Below, piece by piece: positions 26,550 to 38,861 of a stretch of 64,000 bases of DNA (the stretch's first letter is position 1; every line of letters starts with the position of its first letter). The translations under genes were made by a program, and so were the position numbers. The stretch is from Bigelowiella natans CCMP2755 (taxonomy: Eukaryota; Protista; Cercozoa). The DNA lies in assembly GCA_000320545.1 (NCBI GenBank), contig ADNK01000483.1, positions 1 through 64,000 of the forward strand. The letters run 5' to 3'. The notes beneath the pieces were generated by a model. The model saw only the letters and a list, made by a program, of their open reading frames with translations, was not told the origin of the DNA and did no database searches.

Positions 26550-27083
26550 CTATGCTGTATTAATATCTACGTTATCTATATTCTATATCCGCGACAACCC
26601 CTTTGTTGTCGCACGTGACTTGTGCCCGCGTAGTGGTACGCGCTACAGCGACGTGGAAAAAATGAGCATTCCTGTGGAACTTGTCAGTGAGCATTTTTAC
26701 ATTTTGGATCAGCATGTGCCTCATTGCTGTTCGCGTACATGCAACGTACGATCTAATCCACCGATCCGTTGTACAATACGCACACCAACACCATGTCTGC
26801 GATGCTTATTTTGTCAGGCATCAGCATATAGCCACAGCATATAGCAGCAGTCATACGCATGCACTTAACCCGATGCGGGGGATAGCTTTGAGTCGCATGC
26901 TTAGATTTAAATAATGATCTCCTCAAGGCAAACGCTGCGATAGATTTACGATCTTACATCTCGATTGAATTTCGTAGGGTGTCCAAAATAGGTTCCGTTT
27001 TAATTGACCCTGTATTCAAAGGACATTTCAGCACGGCAACATTGAGGAGCAATAGAAAGGAAAAATTGCCGAAGTATTGGTAC

Positions 27084-29077
27084 TTACTTCAGGTCGTCCA
27101 TATTTTGATACTTGACCCCGTATGGTTTTCCAATTGCGTAAAGTTCAAAGCCAATCTGAAAGCATACATATATTGAAGTTATATTAGTTGGTAACGCAGC
27201 CAAAAGATGCAGCAAAATCTATGTATGCTGTTATTACATCCAGCAATTGCTTGTGGTCAAGTATGAGGCGGCCATCGAAGATGAAAGCCGGCTTGACCAT
27301 GGAGTCATACATCTTCTTGTAATCATATCTGCCAAAATACATTTAGTTAGCTCAAATGAATGGAAAACTTGTATAGATCCTGAATTTACTTCTTGAATTC
27401 GTCCCATTCTGTCATGATTGCAATAGCGTGAGCATCCTTAACAGCCTTCAAAAATAGAACAAAGAGACATCGAGAGTCAAGCATCAAGTTTCAAAGATTT
27501 AGTGACACTACGAAGTCGAATATAAAACATTGAGAACCTCGTAGGGATCTTTCGCAACGGTCACACAATCCTTGAATTCCTTGCCAGGCGTAAGCGCTTT
27601 GTAATAGTTAAAGTCGTCCTTAATTTGCTCTTCATCAACCTTGTCAAATTAAAGGAAAATCTGTCATCAACATGATTTCAAGTGAGGAATTGCTGCTTCA
27701 CCTTAGGATCGTAAATGGTGACAAGGGCGCGCTCGGCAAGAAGGTGCTTAGCAACGTACACCGATGCTGTCTCACGAGTATCCCTATTAATTAGAATCAT
27801 TATCATTGAAGGTACTTCAGCTAAGGTTATCTATCTCAACGCACCCCGTATCCTTCTTGAATGCGAATCCAAAAAGCACAATTTTCTTTCCAGAGATTGT
27901 GTTAAACATGTTCTGGTTGAAAATATGTATGTAATTACACAGAATCATAGATGCACATGGGAAGTACTGCTCTACCTTGATCATTTTGCGAGCGAAACGA
28001 AGCTTTTGGTGGTCATTTATCTTCACAACCTGAAAGCACTTTGATTAAGGCCAGGGTACCATCAAGAATCGTGTGAAAGACAGACATACCTGGTCCCAAT
28101 AAGCTGCAACTTCATGAAGACCAAAACTTTCACAGAGGTAGACGAGGTTGAGAATATCCTTTTGAAAGCAAGATCCTCCGAATCCTACGGATGCATTGAG
28201 GAATCGCTTTCCAATTCGACTGTCCTTTCCTGTAATACACACAACCTTAGGAAGACTCCACGATTTCGATGATAAACGAAAGTGGTGGTGAGTAACTACC
28301 AATTGCATTAGATACTTCCTGTACGTCTGCTCCAGTAGCCTCACAGAGCTCGCTGATGGAGTTGATGGATGAGATGCGCTGGGCAAGGAACGCATTTGCT
28401 ACAAGTTTCGAGAGCTCCGAAGACCAGAGATTTGTGGTGATAACATTCGCCTTAGGAACCCAGTGCTCGTATACCTCGCACAACTTTCTCACAGCTTTTT
28501 CCCCTGCTTCCGTTCTCATTCCACCAATGAGTACACGGTCTGGCTTTGCGAGATCGGACATTGCTGTACCCTCAGCAAGGAATTCAGGATTGGAGAGGAC
28601 TTCAAACTTGATTTTGCGTTCATTAGCTTCTAACACCTTTCTCATGGAATGAGCAGTACGGACAGGAAGCGTGGACTTTTCGACGATAATTTTCGGACCA
28701 TTAGCCACTTTAGCGATATTACGAGCTGCTAACTCCCAGTTCTTTAAATCTGCAGCTCGGCCAGCACCGATACCATACGTTTTCGTAGGGGTGTTAACTG
28801 AGACGAAGATGATTTCACACTCGCAGATCGCCTCATTAATCTTTGTCGAGAAAAACAAATTTTTCCCCCTCACTTGCTTTACACATTCGTCGAGGCCAGG
28901 CTCGTAGATCGGTAATTTGTCGGAATTCCATCGAGCAACTTGCTTTGGATTAATATCAACCACATGGACCTTAACATCAGGACAGAATTTTGCAATTGTC
29001 GCCATTGTTGGTCCTCCAACATATCCAGCTCCAATGCAGCAGATCTTGGTTTTGAACTTGCTCTCGTCGGCGGACAT
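27084..29077 (-). CDS. UGD: UDP-glucose 6-dehydrogenase, multi-exon
   Basis: [67 protein letters not shown]|DTRETAS, FIFDGR. The exons join via GT-AG. Confidence 0.97.
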
Positions 29078-29535
29078 TCTTATTTTCTGTGTTGACGAGA
29101 TAGTAAAAGAATAAGGGCAGCTAGAAAACTTATAATCAAGTTACTATTTCAGATGATAATTCTTTTGAACGCATAGAATACGGAGGGTGCTTGTGTTTGG
29201 AGGGCAACCTTCGTGTACAGCGGCGGTGCGTCGTCGGGGTTCTTGCAGGCAGATCTTTACGTCAAATCTACCTGGAAAAGCCAAATGTAGCCAACATTTC
29301 ATAAAAAAGACATTCAAAAATATAGTATTTTGGAGGAAAAAGACTGCACTTTCTTCTTGATATCTCTCTGTCAGCTGTCACTTATATCTTGCAACACTTT
29401 TCGAGCTCGTTAAGTGCAGAGCACGAACACTAAATTGTTTACAAAGCATGGAATATTTCCTGGTTTTAGACGATATCTTATTGTCGCACAATATTTAACG
29501 GATAAAAGAGCGTTGGTAGCTGTGATCGTACTCGC

Positions 29536-31231
29536 ATGAGCAAATGTGGGGATAATGATTCAAAAAAAGGCAGTAGCGATGACGCAGTCCAAAAGTTCCA
29601 TTCAAACCTGGTTCATCCTGAATTTGATGTCGCATGTGTGGAAAAACATGAGATTCCATGTGTGCGCCTGAGCAGTGGCGTTCACCCGGAAAGCCGGAAA
29701 GCCCTGCCAGCGAACCCTGCTCACTGAACAAGCCTTGCCAATCTGACATCGAGGGGCGGGGGGGTGCAGGTTGCAGTCTTGTTCTTACGGAGGATTGAAC
29801 AACCTACGGGTAGTGTGATGGCTTCCAAATCGTTTTGTGATCCTACGAATGACGACCTAGAACAAAAAGTAAAGAATGACGACGCCACGGCAGTGCCACG
29901 AGCTCCAAATGAGAAAAAGAAAAGTGTGCTACACAATTTACCATCAGGGGAAGGCAAGGACATTGTGACATCCAGACCTCGTTCCAAATATTCGCAAATT
30001 GTCCCAGAGCGCTTCATTCTATGGTATGTAGTTTATGCGCGCGCGCGCGCGCGTGTGTGTATGTGTGTGAGTGTGTGATTTTTGTTTGGGGAGCGACGTT
30101 TCCAGATGACTTCACGAATCTTGCCTGCCTACTTGATAAGTATGTGGATAATTCAATCGGTGATAGGTATTCTCTACGGTTCCTGACAGCTCAGGACCTA
30201 GCTATGGTATCCCGTACTTGCACGGAGATGCGGTGAGTAGTAGTAGTAGTATTGTGTATGTAAGAAGAATCCGTGCTTCCCAACTGATCGTATCTCAACA
30301 TCCAGGATTTTGTGCGAGAAGGTTTCAAAACAACGTTGCTTAGGTTTGAAAAAAATATCTTAGCTCCATGAGAACGTGCGACACTAATTTCTACCCGCCT
30401 GTTTGAACTAGAACAAAACTTCAACCAGCAGTATTCATGGACAAAGCTTTTAAGGGCTTGCGAGATGGTATAAGTGTCTCTAACACTCATATTTACGGAC
30501 AACGAAATTTACGAATAATTCTCAGGTTGGTTCAAGCCAGATAAAAGGCCCTCGAGTTCCCGTTCCTGTTCTGTGCTCAACGGTATGTAGAACTCAACGA
30601 GGCCAATGAAACGAATAGCCTCAAATGACTTCGAGTTTTCTTGCAGAGGGTCGTTGTTGTTGAAGGTGCAGGCGTTGCAGGAGTCAATGGGTTTGTGACC
30701 GCCAATTTTATTGTAGCCAGTATTGTGATGAAGCCCTCTATTTTCCAGGGAGTATTTTAACAGCACCATGGGCGTCAACGGACGTGTGTTCTCTCGACGT
30801 GTCGACGTAATACTTTCACTGTGTTCGAACAAGCACAAATTGTATCCGATTTACTTTATTACATCTGCAGGGAAATGTATATATCTTGCGGAAGCTGTAT
30901 TCTGGCAATCAGCTGTTTTGGTACTTGAGTAGAAATTCGACCCAGGTCATCATAGTAATAATACATATTCATTTCTGTGATTCACAGATAAACTTGCTTG
31001 CTGATGTGTATGATTGATCTTCTTTCCTGGTAATTCACAAGTTTATTACCAATTCAACAGCTTTATTGGGCAAATGTTCCTTTTATGGAAGCGTCTATGG
31101 AAGAAGGGTGCGCAAAGATTGTTTTGTTGAAGGCATGATTTAAACTAGTTTCGCTTAGGTACCCTCCGCGTAGACAATGGGGTGCCTTTGTGGATGCTCA
31201 TCGTCCAGCCCCAGAGACACGAATATTGTAG
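29536..31231 (+). CDS. F-box protein with C-terminal VxVxGAGxxxVNGxY...PP...W...PAP module (multi-exon, start approximate)
   Basis: SQIVPERFILW|YSLRFLTAQDLAMVSRTCTEMR fits the F-box pattern (LP.E....I..FL...DL.....VC..WR). Later exons read RVVVVEGAGVAGVNG|EYF and YPPRRQWGAFVDAHRPAPETRIL*. Confidence 0.55.
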
Positions 31232-31853
31232 AGATTGATAGTCCTGCTTGACACAAATATAACTCGCCAATGGTTTACATGGCCGTTCATGATATCTTTA
31301 TCCTCCTGGAGGTCGGATATTATACGTATAGAATCGAAAAATAGTCTGATATTGAGCTTTAAAAATGTCATCCCATAAAATAATGATCCTACAGCATCGA
31401 GACCATGCTAATGTACCATACACTATGTCTACTGTATCTACATGAGTTGTGTGTGTGCGCGCGCGCGCGCGGTGCGTGTTAGCTTTGTGGGGCTGTAGCG
31501 CAGCGGAAGTAGGTACTATAGTGCGCATTAATATTTTTAGCGGAGCTATCCATACATGTATGTGGGAACATTACATGAGTTCGGGTTTGCTAGTTTGGCA
31601 TACTAGAGCATACAATATTGAGCGGTATCGCGCTATCTATAGCTAGCACGCAATTGCAATAGCTACCGCAGCAACAGCGACAAATGAAGCCACGTCCAGA
31701 TGTATAGATGTGGCGCCATGCATGCGATCGAGCATCGTAATTACTGTATTGCTTGGAACGAAACATGTGAAGAAGTAAGTTGTGATGAACATGTGTTACA
31801 ATTGAATGTGGCGACTGCTTGTAACTAGCGCCTTTGATTCCTGGTGTATCGTA

Positions 31854-33937
31854 TTACTTCTTACTGAAATCACCCTCGTGGAGGCGATTCATGCGAGCCG
31901 AACATCGTGATATTGCTTTACGAAGAAGGGACCGCGTATTTGCACTCGTGCATTCTACATTTATGCTTTGGCCTGTGCTAGACCTACTTCCAAGTTGAGC
32001 TCCTCTTTGATCTTTGAGCGTTGTGGCCGTCATCGTAGCGTTGAGGCTTTGTATACGTAGGGTCCTGACACATGGTTGCTTGCCATCCTGTTCCTCTTCA
32101 ACGTCGTATATCCCGAGATCATTAAGTTCACGGGTTAGAAAGCGGAAATACACATCGTCCATACGGGTATTGCTCCTTGCCTCAATCTTTTCCGTGCTCG
32201 TTGCCCGTCCACCCTGGAGAAATATCCTTCCGTCTTTAGTGATCGCAGTTGCCCTGAAAGGGACGAGCGTGGTTCCCATGTCTGTTTGCATTGACTCGCA
32301 CGTTTCTTTATGAGCCAAGCACACCGACAGAAACCTCTTATCTACATATGCCTCTCTATACATCATCGAAGAAGCAGCAAAAGGACTGATTTGCACCCTC
32401 GCAACTCGATTTGGCGAGAACGTTGTGACAGGACATCCAGCCTCTTGCAGGAAGTCACCGAGCTCGATGAGCCTTTTAGAAGCTATCAGGTGTTTCGGTT
32501 GAATCTTGGGGAGAAGTCTCTTAAGGTCGGCCGCCCGTAGCCGAGTTTCTATTTTAATGTCCTTCGGTTCAATCTTGAACGATCTCCGTAAGACGCTCTG
32601 GAACGTGGAGCTCTCACCTTGGAATGGGGGCTCGCAGCAGATGAGGGCTGTCTTCCTTTTGCTGCTGGCCGTGGAAATGACCGACAACCACTTTTCGACG
32701 TAATGTTCGTGCATTAGACTCGGGCATACGAACAATATGTGCGCATCAGATCGGCGATACGACGCTTCATCTGAGTGCAATGACAACCTCACCCTCGTAC
32801 CTGGGCGCTCAATCTCATTGAGAAATTGGAACGGAGCAACACCCCCAATCGCAAGTTGCTGCCTGGAACTACCAAGCCACTCTGACAGAACCTTACACGC
32901 GCGGAACGACGTCGATAGGTACTTGCTCACAAGATCGATTCGAATTTGTGGGTTTTTGGAGGACGGATTCTTGCTTTTCCTTCCCAGAAATTTTGGGAGA
33001 TGCTCCAGAATCTCGAAGAGAACGCCACATGGGTATACAGGGATGAGAATCTGCATTTCTCTCGACAGGGCAAACTCGATTTCCCTGCACAGCCGGGAGA
33101 AGCTTTCACTTGCGGAATCCGGAGTTTTATTTCGGGGATAGTACGACGACTCTGCGATATCGGTCGCAATAAGAATGTCACAGTTGGCAAGGACTTTATG
33201 GTCAATTTCTTGCGAATGAAGCTTGTTGTCGTTTGCTGACGAATGAAGATATCCAATTTTATAGGAGCTCCCATCTGGTTTCGCACTACGGATTTCAAGG
33301 ATCCAATTGCTAGCTCCAATGCCATACCCGGAGCTCACAGCGGTGAGAGATGCATCACACTCCGTCCATGACCTGGTGTGGATACACTCACCGAAATTTA
33401 CGTATTGAATTTGTTCAAAGCTCTTATCTATATCCTCAGCCGAGTAGGGTTTCAACCATTTAGTTCTCTTTTCATAGTTATCTCCCCATCCCCCCAGACC
33501 ACTTGCAGTGGAAGCATATTTGCTGGTTTCGCTCGATTTTGCGAACGAGGAATCCTGTGTAACGTCCAATCGCTGTTGCATCAGAATCTTAGCAAACAAG
33601 ACGCTGGGCTCCGTCGCAAGTATTCGCCCTGTGTGCAAAGAAAAAGGAAGATCATCGGAAGTCCGGGGTTTAAAATTGAAATAGAGGTGGCGTCACCCTC
33701 GAATCTGGAGCTTTTCGTCAGATATGGAAGCGCCGACAGCGAATGGAAGTTGGAGCAAATGACAAGATCTATTGTCGAGAGGTCAATGACCGAAAAGTCC
33801 GGTGCGCCCAGGAAGGCTTGTCCGTTCTTGGCCTTGATGTTGGGACACAGCGGGCATTCTAAGAGAATTCTCAGCCCAGGCACAGTCAAAACCAAAGCAC
33901 GATGGCTGAGAGGCCGCACCTCCACGACCTCGGACAT
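31854..33937 (-). CDS. INTS9: Integrator complex subunit 9-like (inactive metallo-beta-lactamase/beta-CASP); 2 exons, intron 33696-33629
   Basis: IDLSTIDLVICSNFHSLSALPYLT..FEG|RILATEP; VSSGYGIGASNWIL; ILIPVYPCGVLFEILE; IETRL; IQPKHLI. These match INTS9 motifs (VDVILISNYxxMxALPYIT, SSGYxLGSSNW, PCYPSGVIYDL). Confidence 0.85.
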
Positions 33938-34189
33938 CCCGACTATCCCTTCAGGTGCGGGGCACGGCAAGGGCGGGCCGGCTATGTACGAGCGTCGGGA
34001 GAGGAACGACCAATTAAGTCCCTCTGCGACATGACACATGCATTGTCGCATCATCAATTTTAAATCATTTTCCGTATTGTATGATATTAGGATAGAATCG
34101 GTATGTTTTCTTACCAGTGGAACAACACATCCGACAACACTGCCTCGAATGGCTGCCGATTAGTCACCGACGGAAACTCAACGCCAGGG

Positions 34190-35363
34190 ATGGCTCATCG
34201 GCGGTGTGTGCCTCATGGAGCTTTTCTCCTTTCCAAGCGAGCATCAGCAGGGCGATATATCTCTCACTCGGGTGCGTCTTGTGCGGGGATAGAAAATGCC
34301 TTCTACTCTTCTGGGCGGGGTAGCTGCAGTAGGGGTGTTGCCGATGATGCCAGGACCAAGCTGGAACTGCTTCTCGGAGATGAGCACCAGGTTGCGTTGC
34401 TATCTAGCCACCAGTCAGAGAGACGTGTTTAAAACCTTTTTGGTATTAGAATCTATTGCGAGAAGACACTTTTGACGACGCCGATTCCAGCTCCTTCCGA
34501 AGCGTCGTCTCTCTAAAGCTCAGCGATACCAAGGTCACCAGGAGCGACTTTCCCCCATTGCTATCCATTTGCCGATCTACGAATTCCCCTAACTGATGTC
34601 GAGTTATTTACCAAAATGCGTGTGTTTCATTCGAAACTTCGATAGGCACTCAGGGAAGCGACGGCGATGACGACGACGATGCATCCCTATCTTAGCGAAA
34701 ACTTCGATATTGTTCTAGAAGGTAACGATGATGGGTGTGAAATCTGAACTAGATTATCATAAGACAGTAAAAGAAAAATGAATATGTGAGATACCTTCAC
34801 CGCAAATGTTATCAGCATCATCATCATGATCATCATCATAACGAGTAAACGCGTGTAGGCAAGGGGCAATCTCGAACCGGTGAACTAGCGCAAGCGATGG
34901 CGTACCAGCATCTTTGGTCTCAACTCCCCGCCGATGTCTTGAACATTCTCAGGAGATCGATGATCACGAGGTCGGTTGTAAGCTGGCGAACAATTCTCCG
35001 TACTACTACTACCCGCTGATGCGTTGTTCCCCTTGCATCGTCTTTCCGAGTACTTGTCGACAACCGACAGTACCGATGAGCAAGTGTGCAGATAGATGTT
35101 CCTTACTACTCCCCCCCTCTGTGTTCCTACCTCCCCAGGTCAAACAACGCGACTACTATGGAAAAGGGACTGAGACGCACAGTTACCACCGCCTTGGAAG
35201 CAGGCAACATATCCCAGGTTCGTTCCAGGATCTTAGGGTTAGTCGGCTGCGAGGAGGTGGTGGGAGAAGGGGGGGGGGGGGTCTGGGGTGAAGAGGAGAC
35301 GAGTAGTGAAGAGGCTGGTGGGTGAAGAGGAAACAATGGGTGGTTGACTAGAGCCTTTGCTCC

Positions 35364-35394
<31 letters not shown>

Positions 35395-35878
35395 CAGGCT
35401 GTGACAATGCTGACACGAGGGCAGCACCCAATGTAGCTATACTAACCAATTAGAGGTAGTGATAGTGACCATAGGATCGCTGAACATGCCGTTTGTATGT
35501 GACAACAGGGACATCGGCTTTTTGAGAGTTGTGCTGGTAGCTTGTCTTCAAAACGGAGAGTGGGGCCTTGTGGAGGAACTGGTACTACTAGGATAATATA
35601 TGTAAGCAGCAGAGAGAGAGAAAGAGGGAGGGAGAGAGAGTGATTTGCTTTGTCTTTGAAAATATTGGTTTTGTGTGTGTGTTAGTGCGTGCGTGCGTGC
35701 GTGCGTGTGTGTGTATGTGTGTGTACGTGTGTGTATACGACTGAACCTACTACAAAAGATGATGATCTCTCTTTAACATTAGATGCAATCTCTTCGCACA
35801 CGTGGTGAGCTGTTACCCTTCAATGAATGGAAGATTTGGCTCACGCTGGCATCTTTGGCCCCCCCCCCAAAGTGCACT

Positions 35879-35917
<39 letters not shown>

Positions 35918-37005
35918 TCGGCTGCTATCTCTTCCGGTAGTGGTAGTGCAATACAAAAACTACTCGACGTGACGATCTCTCCAAATTCTATACACCAGAA
36001 CTCTGCTGCGAAGCGCCAACCAGGTGGTAATTATAAGTGAGAGTGCATAGGAGAGGATTTTTATAGTTTTTTGCTGGAGAAGTATGTTCCTAGCTAGCCG
36101 CAGCATTTACTCGGTCCTGCTGCTCCAATTGCTGGCAACATCATGAACGACTACATGAATCCCGCATGACCTCTCCCCCCTCCCCCCCCCCCCCCCCTTC
36201 CTTCCTATCGCGTTGCACCAGCAGCGACGACTGTCACGGTGGCGGCAGCAGCAGTATCAATCTTCGACCCTCGAGAGATCTGCCCCTCCACCGCAGAAGA
36301 CGTCCTCTATGATGCAACGAAGCAAGCTATAGAATCGTCGGGCATCCGATTTAAAGGCCGACGGCTCGCGACGCGCCTACCTATGATTGCACACAGTGCA
36401 ACCAAAACTATAGGTATCACTGGTCCTCTGAGGATATTACTCCGGCGGCGCGATGGGGGGGTGGATGGGGGAGAAGAAGGAAGAAGAGGAGAGGTAGGGG
36501 CTCTCTTCGCGGGGTTGAATGGCAACTTTGTGCGCATTCGTCGCACGTTTGAAACTGCGGCCTCTTTCGTCTCCTCCTCCTCGCAGCAGAGGAATATCGA
36601 TCCCAAGTCATCCAAAGGGAAAAGACTAGGTGAGTGGTACTACGGGTGCATTGAGGAAGTGAACCGTTCTGCGACAGAGGGAGGAGGAGGAGGAGGAGGA
36701 GATCAGCAGCTCGAGCTCAGAATCGTAACCCTTGGAATACCAGGAGCGCGAGTCGTCGAGGATACGCTGTTTACAACTATTAAGGAGAAAGAAGGAGAGA
36801 ATGCGGCGTCTGTGCCTTCTTCCCGCCACCGTCTGCGTGACATCATTCAGATCGCGGCTGGAGAGATATTTGAAGTTGACATTTATCGAAATGGCGTCTC
36901 TCCGTTCCAGGCCAAAATGCAGGCGCTGAAAAGGGTGCGGGAGTACATCATATTAGAAATCAGGATTGGTTGTAGACATAGAGAGAGAGACGTACATAAG
37001 TGTGT

Positions 37006-37050
<45 letters not shown>

Positions 37051-38507
37051 TATGTGTGTGTGTGTGTTCGCGAAGCCTTTATTGGCACTAAATCTATCGA
37101 TAACTGCTGTTTCTACTACTCTTTGAAAATGACATCCTTTGCAAAGGCTCTTTCTCCCTTCTCAAACACTTTCCTCCTACCGTTCCCCGCATCTTCATCG
37201 ATACCATCCTCATCGTCATCAACAACAACAACAACAACAGCAGCAGCAGCAGCTGCAGCCTTCCCTGAACTTCAGGGGGATCATGATGAGGTCCTTCTTG
37301 AGAGCAAGCCAGACGCCTTTGCCCAGGAGGAAACCGCAGCCGCCACTGCTGCTACTCCCAAAAGCAGTATTGGTAGTATTGGCGACGACGATGAAGGCGC
37401 TCTCATCAAGGCATCAGCGCGGGTGCCCCTGACAAAGAGCCAGGTAGAGGTTATCCAGAATGTCGTGGCCACCGGCGACGACGAGCCCCTTCTTCCTGCC
37501 CTGGCTGCCGCCGCCTCCCCTCGTATCTGCATGATTGAGGGTCGCAGCGGGTCGGGAAAGAGAACTGTCACCGCCGAAATCGCCAAGAGCTGGGCCCGGC
37601 AACGGTCGTACAGTGAGCGACGCTCAGGCCCGCAGAGGATGGGGATGATGATGGGGACAACGATGCCGGCGTCAGCGACGGTGTCATCCGCTGTAGCCAC
37701 TACTGTGGAGAATGGATTTAGTGGGGAGCAGCAGCGCTATGATAGTAAGGAAGCTTCAGACGGGAGTGAGGTAGTTGTGGTCGCCTCTGCCAGCAGTGCC
37801 CCCGGTGCCGTGAAGGCCCTTCACCACGCTCTGCTAAGAGCTGGGGTGAATGCACTTAGGCTCGACCCAGACGAATGGACGTTGCGTGGCACTCCTCCGA
37901 GTAGTCGCGCTGACGATGATTTCGGCCGCGGCGATGGCGGAGAAGACTTCGACTATACCCTCAAGCAGCAGGTGAACATCAGCGCTGCTGCTCCCTTCCG
38001 TGTGTGCCTTCTGTGATGATTGCATCGTAGCAGAGCCGCAGTGCTGATGATAATGATGACGATGGGGACGGTGCTGATGTAGTGGTGGTGGTGGTGGTGG
38101 TGGTGTGTGGAAGGAAAACTATTCTTTGTGCTGCGACCAGTAGTCGTAGCACTGTTTGACAGCTTTATTGTCTGCCACCGTTGTCATCATTTAGCACGCG
38201 ACCGTTGCACATAAAATCGCGCTCTCCCCCCACCCCCCTCCCCCCCCCCCCCTCACCATAATCCTGCTGTGGCATCCTCCTTCATAGATGCTGATTGCAC
38301 TTGAGACACAACTCGAGGAGAGGACACTGGAATCGCGATTCGACAGAGCCCCCCCATGGGAGGGGACGGGTAAGGGAGAGGAGGAAGAAGGGGGGGGGGG
38401 GGCTAGGTCTGGAGAATGTCTCGACGATCCCACCGAACAAGAATTTTGGATACGACAGACGAAGAGTCGGGATTGGCTCCGAGCTAGGCAAAAGGTATGA
38501 TGACATA

Positions 38508-38559
<52 letters not shown>

Positions 38560-38824
38560 GAGGACGATGTCTCGAAGGGGGGTACTTTATTGCTGCAGCT
38601 TGCAGCTTTGCTGTCATCTAACAAAACGATATCCGACACCACCACAACCACCACCATCATCCTCATCACCATTGTGCATGACTAATCCCACTCCTTCTAA
38701 CTACCCATCAAAGGTTCTTCGAGACTGCGACGTCTTGGTGCTTCCATTGGCGGCGGTTACCGGACATCCTCCTCCTCCTCCTCCTGCTGCTGCTGCTTCT
38801 GGAGCAGCTGCAGCAACATCACCG

Positions 38825-38861
<37 letters not shown>

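Noticed and set aside
33581-33700. Apparent frameshift between the two INTS9 ORFs
   Set aside because: Fully explained by a 68-nt GT-AG intron (33696-33629) that restores FEG|RILATEP.
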